Source of the DNA: an uncultured Actinomycetes bacterium
Lineage (GTDB): Bacteria > Actinomycetota > UBA4738 > JBBDTT01
Direction of reading: 5' to 3'
Assembly (NCBI GenBank): GCA_963742735.1
Contig: CAVUMN010000001.1
Location: forward strand, 32,001 to 96,000
DNA length: 64,000 bases
The notes below the pieces were generated by a model. That model saw nothing but the letters and a program-made list of their open reading frames with translations. It ran no database searches and was not told the origin of the DNA. Positions 1 through 9,853 of this stretch are shown one piece after another. Numbering within the stretch: position 1 is the stretch's first letter; every line of letters begins with the position of its first letter. Made by a program: the position numbers and the translations under genes.

Positions 1-152
1 CGCTGCAGGCGGCGTGCCGCGAGCGGCTCGCCGGCTACAAGGTCCCCCGGGGTCTGGTCGAGGTCGACGCGATCGTTCGCTCCCCAGCAGGCAAGGCCGA
101 CTACGCGTGGGCCAAGGCCCGCGCGATCGAGGACCTGGGGGTGAGCCCATGA
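1..152 (+). CDS. C-terminal end of an acyl-CoA synthetase, FadD19-like (partial)
   Basis: Frame from nt 3 reads LQAACRERLAGYKVPR...RSPAGKADYAWAK*, typical of the FadD19-type C-terminus. TGA 150-152 overlaps the next ATG (ATGA). Confidence 0.7.
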   Translation, partial: LQAACRERLAGYKVPRGLVEVDAIVRSPAGKADYAWAKARAIEDLGVSP

Positions 153-2356
153 AGCGACTGTCGGGGCTCGACGCGACGTTCCTGTACATGGAGACGCCGA
201 CCTCCCCCATGCACGTCATGGGCGTCCTGCTGCTCGACACGAAGACCGCGCCCGAGGGCTACTCGTTCGACAAGGTCCGGGAGATGCTCCTGTCTCGGAT
301 CCACCTGATGCCGGCGTTCCGGCGACGGCTGGTGCCGGTCCCACTCGGCCTGGCCCATCCCGTGTGGATCGAAGACGCGGAGTTCGACCTGGACAACCAC
401 CTGCACCGGATCGGGGTGCCACCGCCCGGCGACCTTCGGGCGCTGGAGGGCGTGGTGGGCGACATCGCCGGCCAGACCCTCGACCGCGGCAAGCCGCTGT
501 GGGACATGTGGGTGGTCGAGGGCCTGAGGGACGGCCGGGCCGCGGTCATCACGAAGATGCACCACTCGACCATCGACGGGACGTCCGGAGCGGACGTGAT
601 GGTCCACCTGTTGGACATCACCCCGGAGGTCTCGGTCCCCGAGCCGCCCGACGGGCCGTTCACCGGCGAGCGCCGCCCGTCCGACCTTCGGCTGCTGGGG
701 GGCGCGCTGGCCGCGCAGGCCGGGACACCCGTCCGCGCCGTGAAGGCCGTCGGCAAGCTGGCCGGCAACGCCGTGCGCACCGCCAGGGGCTACCTGCAGA
801 AGGAGATGCGGGAGGCGTCACCGCCGCCGTTCTCGGCGCCGCGGACGAAGTTCAGCGGCGCGCTGTCCTCGCACCGCGCCGTCGCGTTCGGCGGCGCCTC
901 GCTGGACGACCTCAAGGAGATCAAGGCCGCCTTCGACGGCAAGGTCAACGACGTGGTCCTGGCCATCGCCACGCATGCCATGCGCGGCTACCTCGAGTGG
1001 GCCGGCGAGCTTCCCGACCGCCCGCTGGTGGCGAGCTGTCCGATCTCGGTGCGCAAGGAGGCCGCCGAGGGCGAGCCCGCGAACGACTCGGCCAACCAGG
1101 TCTCCAACATGCTCGTCCCCCTCCCGGTGCAGATGAAGGACCCGGTGAAGCGGCTGAAGACGATCATCGAGAGCACCAAGCGGTCGAAGGAGCTCGCGAA
1201 CGCCATCGGGGCCGAGACGCTCATGGACTGGGCGGAGTTCCTGGCGCCACGTCTGTTCACCACGGGGATGCGCCTGTACTCGGCCACCCGAATGGGCAAC
1301 CTCCATCCGCCCGCCCTGAACCTCATCGTCTCGAACGTGCCCGGCCCGCCCATTCCCCTGTACTCGGCCGGGGCCCGGATCGTCGCGATCTACCCGATGG
1401 GACCGCTCCTCCCCGGCGCCGGCATCAACGTCACCGTCCTGTCGAACATGGGAAACGTCGACTTCGGCGTGATCGCCGACCGCGAGACGGTGCCGGAGAT
1501 CTGGCGCATCGCGGACGGGCTGAAGGAGGGCGTCGACGTCCTGCTCGCGGCCGCGCGCGCGCCGAAGCGGAAGCCGGCGGCCAGGGCGAAGCCGAGGGCC
1601 CGCGAAGCCCGGCGGCGGAAGAGGGCGCGCGGCCGGCGCGTGAGCGCGACACCCGCCGGCGTCGTGGTCGAGGGCCGGACCCTCCAGTTCCCCATCGAGG
1701 TCCGCGACGCGTCCTCGTGGGGGGCGGTCTTCTCGGTCCCCGCCGAGGCCGCCCAGCGTCTGGTCGAGCCCTCCGGCCTGCGGGTGGTGCACACGGGTCC
1801 CGGCCGGACGGCGGTCACCCTCGTCTTCGCGGACTACCGCGACGGCGACCTGGACGCCTATCACGAGTTCGGCGTGAGCTTCCTGGTCCATCCGCACGGC
1901 GGCGCGTCCAGGCTCGACCTTCTCCGCAACCGCGCGGGCGTGTACATCCACCGCCTCCCGGTGAACGAGACGTTCACGATGCACGCCGGGCGGACGATCT
2001 GGGGCTACCCGAAGACCCTGGCCGACATCGACATCCGCGCCGACGGCGCCACGACCACCTGCGAGCTGGCGACCGACGGAGCGATGCAGGTCCGGCTGGC
2101 CGTGGCGTCGCGGGGCCGGGTGCCGATGCCCCGCCAGAGCCCGCCCACCTACACGTTCCTCGACGGCGTCCTTCGCCGGACCGAATGGGAGGTCGCCACG
2201 CGCGCGTACGCGGGACGGCGGGGCTCAGTCGAGCTCGGGACGGGGGAGATCGCCGACGAGCTCCGTGGGCTCGGGCTGCCCCGCAAGCCGCTGCTGGTCC
2301 TGAGCCAGCCCGAGTTCCGGGTGCGGTTCGGGCCGTCGGAGGTCGTCAGGGCCTGA
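149..2356 (+). CDS. Wax ester/triacylglycerol synthase (WS/DGAT) reading in frame into an acetoacetate-decarboxylase-like domain
   Basis: MKRLSGLDATFLYME start, HHSTIDG catalytic motif, SNVPGP motif. From GTG 1640 an ADC-fold sequence follows (DYRDGDLDAYHE, GRTIWGYPK). Possibly two genes joined by an indel. Confidence 0.8.
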   Translation: MKRLSGLDATFLYMETPTSPMHVMGVLLLDTKTAPEGYSFDKVREMLLSRIHLMPAFRRRLVPVPLGLAHPVWIEDAEFDLDNHLHRIGVPPPGDLRALEGVVGDIAGQTLDRGKPLWDMWVVEGLRDGRAAVITKMHHSTIDGTSGADVMVHLLDITPEVSVPEPPDGPFTGERRPSDLRLLGGALAAQAGTPVRAVKAVGKLAGNAVRTARGYLQKEMREASPPPFSAPRTKFSGALSSHRAVAFGGASLDDLKEIKAAFDGKVNDVVLAIATHAMRGYLEWAGELPDRPLVASCPISVRKEAAEGEPANDSANQVSNMLVPLPVQMKDPVKRLKTIIESTKRSKELANAIGAETLMDWAEFLAPRLFTTGMRLYSATRMGNLHPPALNLIVSNVPGPPIPLYSAGARIVAIYPMGPLLPGAGINVTVLSNMGNVDFGVIADRETVPEIWRIADGLKEGVDVLLAAARAPKRKPAARAKPRAREARRRKRARGRRVSATPAGVVVEGRTLQFPIEVRDASSWGAVFSVPAEAAQRLVEPSGLRVVHTGPGRTAVTLVFADYRDGDLDAYHEFGVSFLVHPHGGASRLDLLRNRAGVYIHRLPVNETFTMHAGRTIWGYPKTLADIDIRADGATTTCELATDGAMQVRLAVASRGRVPMPRQSPPTYTFLDGVLRRTEWEVATRAYAGRRGSVELGTGEIADELRGLGLPRKPLLVLSQPEFRVRFGPSEVVRA

Positions 2357-3407
2357 CAGGCGGGACAGGGTCGCCTCGGCCTCGGCCACGATCCGCGCGA
2401 CGAGCTCCCCCACCGACGGGAGGTCCTCGATCATCCCCACCACCTGGCCGCTGGCCATCACGCCGAGGTCGGTCCGTCCCTCGACCATGGCCGCACGCAG
2501 GAGCATCGGGGTGTTCGCCGCCATGATCACCTGGCCCCACGTGAGGTCCTGGGTCTTCCGCATGGCCCGGCCCTCGCGAAGCATCTGCCGCAGCGGGATC
2601 CCCGAGAGCTTGCGGAACGCGAACGCGTTGCGGATCGCTCGGAGGAACCCACCGGCGCCGCTCTCCCGCTCCAGCCGCTCGATGAGCTGCGTGAGCAGCA
2701 CCCGGTGGGGCACGCCGTCCACCCTACGGGTGACCACCGTGTCGGTCACGCCCCGGTCCAGGTAGTAGGTCTTCACCGCCTCGGGGACGGGGCTCTCCCG
2801 GGTCAGCAGGAAGCGAGTTCCCATCGCCACGCCGCTCGCGCCGTAGGCGAGCGCCGCGACCAGGCCGCGGCCGTCGAAGAAGCCGCCGGCGGCGATGACC
2901 GGCACGTCCACGGCGTCGACCACCTGCGGCAGCAGCAGGGTGGTGGCGACGGGGCCGGTGTGGCCGCCCGCCCTCGCCGCCCTGGACCAGGACCGCGTCG
3001 ACGCCCATCGCCGCGACCTTCTCGGCGTGCCGCCGGGCGCCGATCGAGGGGATCACCAGGACCCCGCCCCCGCGGAGGCGGTCGATCACGTCCTGCCGGG
3101 GCGCCATGGCGAACGACGCCACCCGGACACCCCGTTCGATCATCAGGTCCGCCCGGCCGGCGATGTCGGGCTGGTCGGCCCGCAGGTTCACCCCGAACGG
3201 GCGGTCGGTGCGGGCGCGCACCTGATCGATCGCCTCCCGGAGCTCGTCGAGGCTCATCGTCGCCGCGCCGAGGATGCCGAACCCGCCCGCGGCGCTGGTG
3301 GCCGCGGTCAGCGAGGGGCCGGCCACCCACCCCATCCCGGTCTGGACGATGGGGTGTTCCACCCCGAGCAGCTGGCACAGCGGCGTGCGCAGCGCGGGAT
3401 GGCTCAC
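2225..3407 (-). CDS. ipdC: Nitronate-monooxygenase-family flavoprotein, IpdC-like (frameshift ~2965)
   Basis: N-half PIVQTGMGWV...QGGEGG and C-half VPVIAAGGFFDGRGLVAALAYGA lie in different frames. Directly downstream of ipdB with a GTGA overlap. 3' end uncertain. Confidence 0.75.
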
Positions 3408-4153
3408 GCGGGCACCTCGGCGTCGCGGAGGCCGTCCGGGTCCAGGACCTGCCGGATCAGCCGGAGCTCCTTCCGGTCGGGCCCGCGCGTCTCCGGCACG
3501 TCGCCGGGGATCTCCAGCTCGAAGCCGGTCGCCGCGACGACGTCCTCGACGGTGACGCCGGGGTGGACCGACGCCAGCCGCATCAGGCCCGACCGCGGGT
3601 CGAAGTCCATGACGGCCAGGTTCGAGACCACGCGGCGGATCTCGTGGAAGCCGTACAGCGGCGGCTCGGCGCGGTCGTTGCCGATGCCCGAGACGAAGTC
3701 GACGTGCTCGACGAACACGCGGGGCCCGTGGTTGGGGACCCAGTAGCTCGTCGTGTGGTTCGCGGTGTTCCCGGGCGCGCCGCGCGATCCGAGCAGCTGG
3801 ACCTTCGGGTGCGCCCAGTCGCCGATGCAGGAGATGTTCTGGTTGCCGAAGCGGTCGATCTGGGTGGCCCCCATGATCACGTGCCGGCGACCCGCCCACA
3901 CCAGGTCGAACACCGACCGGAACGGCAGCCACGACTCGACGACCTTGTCGTCGTCCTTCGCGCCGATGGGCAGGTCGTTGGCGACCAGGTAGGCCTCGCC
4001 GTCGCTCACCAGCAGGTCGGGCTCGAACGTGGCCCGGGCCAGCCGGGCGCCGAGCATCGAGACCGTGCCCATGGCGCTGGCCAGGATCTCGCCGTCGCCG
4101 CGGAACGCCTCGGCGCAGGCGACCACGCAGACCTCGGCCCGGGTCGGGCTCAT
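3404..4153 (-). CDS. ipdB: CoA-transferase-like beta subunit, C/D-ring hydrolase IpdB
   Basis: TRAEVCVVACAEAFRGDGE, ESWLPFRSVFD, QIDRFGNQNIS, GSRGAPGNTANH. Follows ipdA. Confidence 0.9.
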   Translation of the reverse strand: MSPTRAEVCVVACAEAFRGDGEILASAMGTVSMLGARLARATFEPDLLVSDGEAYLVANDLPIGAKDDDKVVESWLPFRSVFDLVWAGRRHVIMGATQIDRFGNQNISCIGDWAHPKVQLLGSRGAPGNTANHTTSYWVPNHGPRVFVEHVDFVSGIGNDRAEPPLYGFHEIRRVVSNLAVMDFDPRSGLMRLASVHPGVTVEDVVAATGFELEIPGDVPETRGPDRKELRLIRQVLDPDGLRDAEVPA

Positions 4154-4995
4154 CCGGCCTCCACCTCCCTGCGGTAGTCGTCCTCGGTCCCGTCCAGGTA
4201 CCGGGCCCGGAACGCCGACCACGCCTCGGGGTCGCGGGCCGACTCCGCGTACGTCGCCTGGAAGGCCTCGTCGCGCCCGTAGTCCGGCACGCACGAGGTG
4301 AAGTGGGCCCCGTTCGGCGTCTCCACCACGGCGTCGGTCATCGCCCGGTTCACGCGCAGGGTCTGCACCGGGCCCTCCTTGGCGAAGTCGGCGGTGTCGA
4401 CGACGCGCTCGCACGACACGAACCGTCGCTCCGCGGCCATCAGGAACAGGTCGTCGAAGTAGGGGTCGGGGCCGAGGATCTGGCCGTTGCCGCCGGCGTC
4501 GGCCCGATGGACGTGGACGAAGGCGGCGTCCAGGCGAAGCGGCGGGACGGCGACGACCTCCTCCTCGGAGTACGGCGAGCCGACCATCTTCAGGTCGGGG
4601 TTGACCTTCAGGATGTCGGAGCCGAGCCCGGCCCGGGTGGGCATGAACGGCAGCCGGTGCGCCGCCGCCAGCAGCGCCAGGTAGAACATCCCCTCGTCGA
4701 GCTCGCGGGCCTGGATCTCCCCCCGCTCCCGCGCGGCCCGAAAGTGCGGCTCGAGCGGGATCGAGTCCAGCGAGACGAACCCGAACACGACCTTGCGCAC
4801 CTTCCCGGCCGCGCACAACAGGCCCACGTCGGGACCTCCGTAGGACGCCACCGTCAGGTCCTTCACCGGCGAGCGCAGGATCTCGCGGACCAGGGACATC
4901 GGCTTGCGCCGCGACCCCCATCCGCCGACGCCGATCGCCATGCCGTCGCGAAGCTCCGACACGACCTCGGCGGCCGTCGCCCGCTTGTCGGCCAC
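4150..4995 (-). CDS. ipdA: CoA-transferase-like alpha subunit IpdA
   Basis: GVGGWGSRRKPM, YGGPDVGLL, FVSLDSIPLEPHF, GPDPYFDDLF. Confidence 0.9.
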   Translation of the reverse strand: MADKRATAAEVVSELRDGMAIGVGGWGSRRKPMSLVREILRSPVKDLTVASYGGPDVGLLCAAGKVRKVVFGFVSLDSIPLEPHFRAARERGEIQARELDEGMFYLALLAAAHRLPFMPTRAGLGSDILKVNPDLKMVGSPYSEEEVVAVPPLRLDAAFVHVHRADAGGNGQILGPDPYFDDLFLMAAERRFVSCERVVDTADFAKEGPVQTLRVNRAMTDAVVETPNGAHFTSCVPDYGRDEAFQATYAESARDPEAWSAFRARYLDGTEDDYRREVEAG

Positions 4996-5001
4996 GCCCG
5001 G

Positions 5002-5760
5002 CTAGTCCCCGAAGGAGGGGTCTCGCTTCTCCACGAACGCGCGCCGGGCCTCTTCGGGCACGTCGGTGAGGCTCAGCTCGAAGGTGAACCCCTGCTCGTA
5101 GCGGTAGCTCCGGCGGACGTCGACGGGGTCGATCCCGTTCAGCGCCTCCTTGGCGGCACGAAGCAGGCGCGGGTGATACGCGGCCAGCGCCTCGGCGACC
5201 GCCCGCGCCTCGGTGAGGAGGTCGTCCCGGCCAACGACCTTCGCGACCGAGCCCCACGAGTGGAGCTGGGTGGCCGTTGCCGTTGCCCCCGTGTAGAACA
5301 TGTAGCGAACCTCGTGTGCTGGAACCAGCCGCGCCAGATGGGTGGCAGCCCCGAGCGCACCCCGCGCCAGCTCCGGGAGACCAAACGTTGCATCCTCTGC
5401 CGCGATGACGATGTCGGCGTTGCCGGCCAGCCCGATCCCGCCGCCCAGGCAGAAGCCGTGGACCGCCGCGATCACCGGGACCTCGCACTCGTAGACCGCC
5501 GCGAACGCGGCGGCACAGCCCCGGTTGACCGCGATGATCTCCTCGTTCGACGGGTCGGCATCGAGGGCCTTGATGTCCACGCCGGCGCAGAACCCGCGCC
5601 CTTCGGCGCGCAGGATCACCACGTGCACGTCGGGATCGGCGCCCGCCGCGCGAAGCACGTCGGCCAGCTCGAGCCAGCCCTTCGAGGAGAGCGCGTTGAC
5701 CGGCGGGACGTCGATGACGACGTCGGCGATGTGCTCGGAGGTGTTGGAGGAGATGCCCAT
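5002..5760 (-). CDS. echA20: Enoyl-CoA hydratase EchA20
   Basis: PPVNAL, FCAGVDIK, GFCLGGGIGL, GALGAATHLARLVP, SYRYEQGFTFEL. Upstream of ipdAB. Confidence 0.88.
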   Translation of the reverse strand: MGISSNTSEHIADVVIDVPPVNALSSKGWLELADVLRAAGADPDVHVVILRAEGRGFCAGVDIKALDADPSNEEIIAVNRGCAAAFAAVYECEVPVIAAVHGFCLGGGIGLAGNADIVIAAEDATFGLPELARGALGAATHLARLVPAHEVRYMFYTGATATATQLHSWGSVAKVVGRDDLLTEARAVAEALAAYHPRLLRAAKEALNGIDPVDVRRSYRYEQGFTFELSLTDVPEEARRAFVEKRDPSFGD

Positions 5761-5769
5761 CGTCAGTTC

Positions 5770-5784
5770 CTGACGGTGCGTCAG
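5770..5784. promoter_or_regulatory. Palindromic operator CTGACG-GTG-CGTCAG (site 1 of 4)
   Basis: In the 78-bp divergent echA20/SDR intergenic region. Recurs at 14216, 26060 and 31384. Confidence 0.85.
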
Positions 5785-5838
5785 ATTCCTGCCGGAACAG
5801 TACACCGTGCCGGAGGGCCGGGCTGTTAGCCTTCGCGG

Positions 5839-6618
5839 ATGCTGCTCAAGGATCGCGTGGCCATCGTCTCGGGTATCGGCCCCGGCTTGGGCAAGGAGAT
5901 CGCGCTGGCCCTGGCCCGGGAGGGCGCCGACGTCGCCCTGGGCGCGCGTACCGAGGACCGCCTGCGGGAAGTGGCCGGCGAGGTCGAGGCCCTCGGCCGG
6001 CGAACGATCTGGGCGCCCACCGACGTGACGGACCCGGCGCAGCGGCAGGCCCTGGTGGACGCCACCGTCGACGCGTTCGGCCGCGTGGACGTCCTGGTGA
6101 ACAACGCGTTCGTCCAGCCGCCCTTCAAGCGGATCGAGTACGAGACCGAGGACATGTTCCGCCGGGCGTTCGAGGTCAACGTCCTGGGCGGGCTGGGGAT
6201 GGCCCGGGCCGTCATCCCGGCGATGCAGGCCCAGGGCGGCGGGTCGATCGTGTTCATCAACACAATGTCGATCCGGACCTCGGAGATCAAGACCGGCGCG
6301 TACGCGGCGTCGAAGAGCGCGCTGTTCGGCGCGGCGCGGGTCCTGGCCCGCGAGCACGGCCGCGACGGGATCCGGGTGAACAGCGTGATGCCCGGCTACG
6401 TCATGGGCCCGAACCTCGAGTGGTACTTCAACCACCTGGCAGAGAAGGAGGGCGTCACGCCCCAGGACGTCTACGACCGGGTCGCCGAGCAGACCGCGCT
6501 CCGCCACCTGCCCACCTCGGCCGAGGTGGCCGACGCCGTGGTGTTCTTCGCCAGCGACCTGTCGAGGGTGATCACCGGCCAGTCGCTCGACGTGAACGGA
6601 GGCCACTGGTTCGACTGA
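5839..6618 (+). CDS. SDR oxidoreductase (Rv3530c-like subfamily)
   Basis: SGIGPGLG Rossmann variant, NNAF, YAASK. TAGCCT -10 box 6 nt before ATG. Confidence 0.85.
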   Translation: MLLKDRVAIVSGIGPGLGKEIALALAREGADVALGARTEDRLREVAGEVEALGRRTIWAPTDVTDPAQRQALVDATVDAFGRVDVLVNNAFVQPPFKRIEYETEDMFRRAFEVNVLGGLGMARAVIPAMQAQGGGSIVFINTMSIRTSEIKTGAYAASKSALFGAARVLAREHGRDGIRVNSVMPGYVMGPNLEWYFNHLAEKEGVTPQDVYDRVAEQTALRHLPTSAEVADAVVFFASDLSRVITGQSLDVNGGHWFD

Positions 6619-6661
6619 ACCGCCGATCGCGGTCCGAGTGGCTGCCAATACACTCTCCGCC

Positions 6662-9600
6662 ATGCAGGCGTGTCCGAACTGCGGGGAGCAGAACCCGGAT
6701 CGCGCGAAGTTCTGCCTCGAGTGCGGGACGACGTTCGCCGACGCCGCGACCGGACCCCGGCGCGAGGTCCGCAAGACCGTCACCGTCCTGTTCTCCGACC
6801 TGGCCGGGTCGACCGCCCTCGGCGAGCGCCTGGACCCTGAGTCCCTCCGGCGGGTCATGGACCGCTACTTCGAGCGGATGTCGGCCGTGGTGGAATCCCA
6901 CGGCGGCGTCGTGGAGAAGTTCATCGGCGACGCGGTCATGGCCGTCTTCGGGATCCCGGTCCTCCACGAGGACGACGCCCTGCGCGCCGTGCGCGCGGCC
7001 GCCGGGATGCGTGCGGCGCTCGTCGCCCTGAACGAGGAGCTCGCGACCGACTTCGAAGTCGGCATCGAGGTGCGGACCGGAGTGAACACCGGCGAGGTGG
7101 TCACCGGCCAGGGCGGCGACCAAAGGCTGGTCACCGGCGACGCGGTGAACGTTGCCGCCCGGCTGGAACAGGCCGCCGCCGCCGGCGACATCCTGGTCGG
7201 CGAGTCCACCTATCGCCTCGTCCGCGACGCCGTCGTCGCCGAGCCCGTCGAACCTCTCACCCTGAAGGGCAAGGCCGACCCCGTTCCCGCGTACCGGATC
7301 GTCGAGGTGGAGGCCGGTGCGGAGGGGCTGTCCCGGCGGCTCGACTCGCCCATGGTCGGTCGGGACCACGAGCGGTCCCTGCTGGCCCAGGCGTTTGACC
7401 GTGCCGTCGAGGAGCGAACGTCTCATCTGTTCACGGTCCTCGGATCGGCCGGGGTGGGGAAGTCGCGCCTGGTGGCCGATTTCCTGGACCAAGTCGAGGC
7501 CCGAGCCCAGGTCATCCGGGGACGGTGCCTGCCGTACGGCGAGGGCATCACGTTCTGGCCGATCCGCGAGGTGGTCTCCCGCGCGGCCGGTATCGCCGAG
7601 GAGGACCCTCCCGACCGCGCCATCGCCCTGCTCCGAGAGCTGTTGTCGGAGGAACCCGAATCGATCGCGAACGACGTGGCGGCGCTGCTGGGGTTCGCGC
7701 CGGGGGTCGTCGCCCCCGAGGAGGGCTCCCGCGCCGTGCGCCGCCTGTTCGAGACCCTCGCGCGGCGCCGGCCGCTGGTCGTGTTGTTCGACGACATCCA
7801 CTGGGCGGAGACGGCGTTCCTCGACCTGGTGGAGCACGTGGCCGACCTCTCACGCGACGCCCCGATCCTGCTCCTGTGCGTGGCGCGGCCGGAGCTGTTG
7901 GAGCTCCGGCCCGGGTGGGGTGGGGGGAAGCTGAACGCGACCTCGATCCTGCTGCAGCCGCTGTCCCCCACGGAGTGCCGGACCCTGATGGAGAACCTCC
8001 TGGGCGGCTCCGGCCTGGACGCCGCGACTGCCCAGCGGATCGTCGAGGCGGCCGAGGGCAACGCCCTGTTCGTCGAGCAGATGCTCGCCGCGCTCGTCGA
8101 CGACGGCGTTCTCGAGCGCCGGAACGGCGGCTGGGCCATGCGGGAGGGCGTCGAGTCGGTCCCGGTGCCCGAGTCCATCCAGGCGCTCCTGGCGGCTCGG
8201 CTCGATCGTCTCGGTGAGGCCGAGCGCTCGGTGGTCGAGCGAGCCTCCATCGTCGGCCGAGTCTTCTACCGCTCCGCCGTGGCCGAGCTCTCACCCGAAC
8301 GTCTCCGCCCGAGCGTGGGCGCCGACCTGGTGACGCTGGTCCGGAAGGACCTCATCCGGCCCCAGGGCGCGGAGTTCGCCGACGAGGAGACGTACCGGTT
8401 CCTCCACATGCTGATCCGGGATGCAGCGTACGAGTCGCTGCCGAAGGAGGTCCGCGCAGATCTGCACGAGCGGTTCGCGCGGTGGCTCGAGTCGGTGGCG
8501 GGCTCCCGGGAACGGGAGTTCGAGGAGATCGTCGCGTACCACCTGGAGCAGGCCTGCCTGTACCGGCGGGAGATCGGCGCCTCCGATGCGGCCCTCGAGG
8601 AGCTGGCGCGCGCCACGGCCGGGCGCCTGTTCGCAGTGGCGGAACAGGCCCGCGATCGTGGAGATCCCTCGGCGGCGATCAACCTCTTCGGCCGCGCCCT
8701 CGCGCTGCTTCCCTCGGGCGAGGATCCTCCTCCCCGCTCCCTGCTCGTGTACGGCGAGGTGCTGGAAACTGCCGGCCACCCCCAGCGCGCAGAGGAGGTA
8801 CTCCTTCAGGCCGAAGGGGCGGCCGGGCGGGCAAAGGATGAACCGCTGGGCGCCCTGGCCCACGCCCTGGCGCGAGTGACGACGCTGTCCCTCGACCCGA
8901 CGGTGCCGTTCGCGGAGGTCCTGATCGACCTGACACGGGCGGTCGAGCTCCTCCGCTCCGGAGGTACGGGGGGTCAGCTGGCTCAGGCCCTCCATCTGGT
9001 GGGGCTCCTCGAGTTCTGGCTGGGCCGGTCGGAGGTGTCGCGGACGAGGAACCTGGAGGCACTCGCGCTGGCCCAGGCCGCAGGCGACGAGCGCGAGGTC
9101 GCGCGATCGCGCGAGGCGCTGTGCCTGGGCATGGTGTTCGGCGCCACCCCGGCCTCGACGTGCATCCTGGAGGCCCGTGAGGCCGTCGAGGCGTCGGCCG
9201 GCCGCGTCAGCGAGGCCCAGGCACACGGTGCGCTCGCGATGGGGCTGGCGATGAGCGGAGCGATCGACGAGGGCCGCGCGCATCTGGACCGGAGCCGAAC
9301 CCTGCTCGCGGAATTCGGTCAGCGGATGCACCTGTCGGCCGGACACACCGTGGGCGAGTTCGCGTTGATCGTCGGCCATCCGACCCTGGTCCTTGAGGTG
9401 CTCGAACCGGGACTCAGGGACCTGGAATCCGTCCGCGAGACCGGGTTCGCCTCGACCACGGCGGCGCACCTCGCGCGCGCGTACGTCGACGTCGGGCGCC
9501 TGGAGGAAGCGGAAGCAACGGCCCGGAAGAGCGCCGCCTGGGCCGCCGAGGACGACGCCCACCCCCAGTGCTCCTGGCGCGCGGCGCTCGCCCGCGTGCA

Positions 9601-9853
9601 CGCCCGCCGCGGGGAGCACGAGCAGGCGGCGCGCCTCGCCGCCGAGGCCGTCGCGCTCGCGGAGAACATCGACTACCGGAACACCCGCGCGATGGTGTTC
9701 CTGGCCGCCGCGGAGGTCGCGGAGCTGCGCGGGGACCGTGAGGAGGCCGCCGGCTGGGTTCGCCGGGCCATCGAGGAGTACGAGCTCCGCGAGAACCAGG
9801 TCTCCGCCGCCAGGGCCAGGGAGCGGCTGGCGGGGCTCGAGCGGTCGGCTTAG
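6662..9853 (+). CDS. Class III adenylate/guanylate cyclase with zinc ribbon, AAA/STAND ATPase and TPR-like C-terminus
   Basis: CPNC..CLEC, LFSDLAGST, EKFIGDAVMAVF, GDAVNVAARLE, Walker A GSAGVGKS, LFDDIHWA, helical repeats. Confidence 0.9.
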   Translation: MQACPNCGEQNPDRAKFCLECGTTFADAATGPRREVRKTVTVLFSDLAGSTALGERLDPESLRRVMDRYFERMSAVVESHGGVVEKFIGDAVMAVFGIPVLHEDDALRAVRAAAGMRAALVALNEELATDFEVGIEVRTGVNTGEVVTGQGGDQRLVTGDAVNVAARLEQAAAAGDILVGESTYRLVRDAVVAEPVEPLTLKGKADPVPAYRIVEVEAGAEGLSRRLDSPMVGRDHERSLLAQAFDRAVEERTSHLFTVLGSAGVGKSRLVADFLDQVEARAQVIRGRCLPYGEGITFWPIREVVSRAAGIAEEDPPDRAIALLRELLSEEPESIANDVAALLGFAPGVVAPEEGSRAVRRLFETLARRRPLVVLFDDIHWAETAFLDLVEHVADLSRDAPILLLCVARPELLELRPGWGGGKLNATSILLQPLSPTECRTLMENLLGGSGLDAATAQRIVEAAEGNALFVEQMLAALVDDGVLERRNGGWAMREGVESVPVPESIQALLAARLDRLGEAERSVVERASIVGRVFYRSAVAELSPERLRPSVGADLVTLVRKDLIRPQGAEFADEETYRFLHMLIRDAAYESLPKEVRADLHERFARWLESVAGSREREFEEIVAYHLEQACLYRREIGASDAALEELARATAGRLFAVAEQARDRGDPSAAINLFGRALALLPSGEDPPPRSLLVYGEVLETAGHPQRAEEVLLQAEGAAGRAKDEPLGALAHALARVTTLSLDPTVPFAEVLIDLTRAVELLRSGGTGGQLAQALHLVGLLEFWLGRSEVSRTRNLEALALAQAAGDEREVARSREALCLGMVFGATPASTCILEAREAVEASAGRVSEAQAHGALAMGLAMSGAIDEGRAHLDRSRTLLAEFGQRMHLSAGHTVGEFALIVGHPTLVLEVLEPGLRDLESVRETGFASTTAAHLARAYVDVGRLEEAEATARKSAAWAAEDDAHPQCSWRAALARVHARRGEHEQAARLAAEAVALAENIDYRNTRAMVFLAAAEVAELRGDREEAAGWVRRAIEEYELRENQVSAARARERLAGLERSA

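Noticed and set aside
2225-2356. A 130-bp convergent overlap of ipdC with the ADC-like domain
   Set aside because: The tail after TLSRLS is not family-like. It is probably stop loss or an indel (an out-of-frame TGA lies at 2346-2348).
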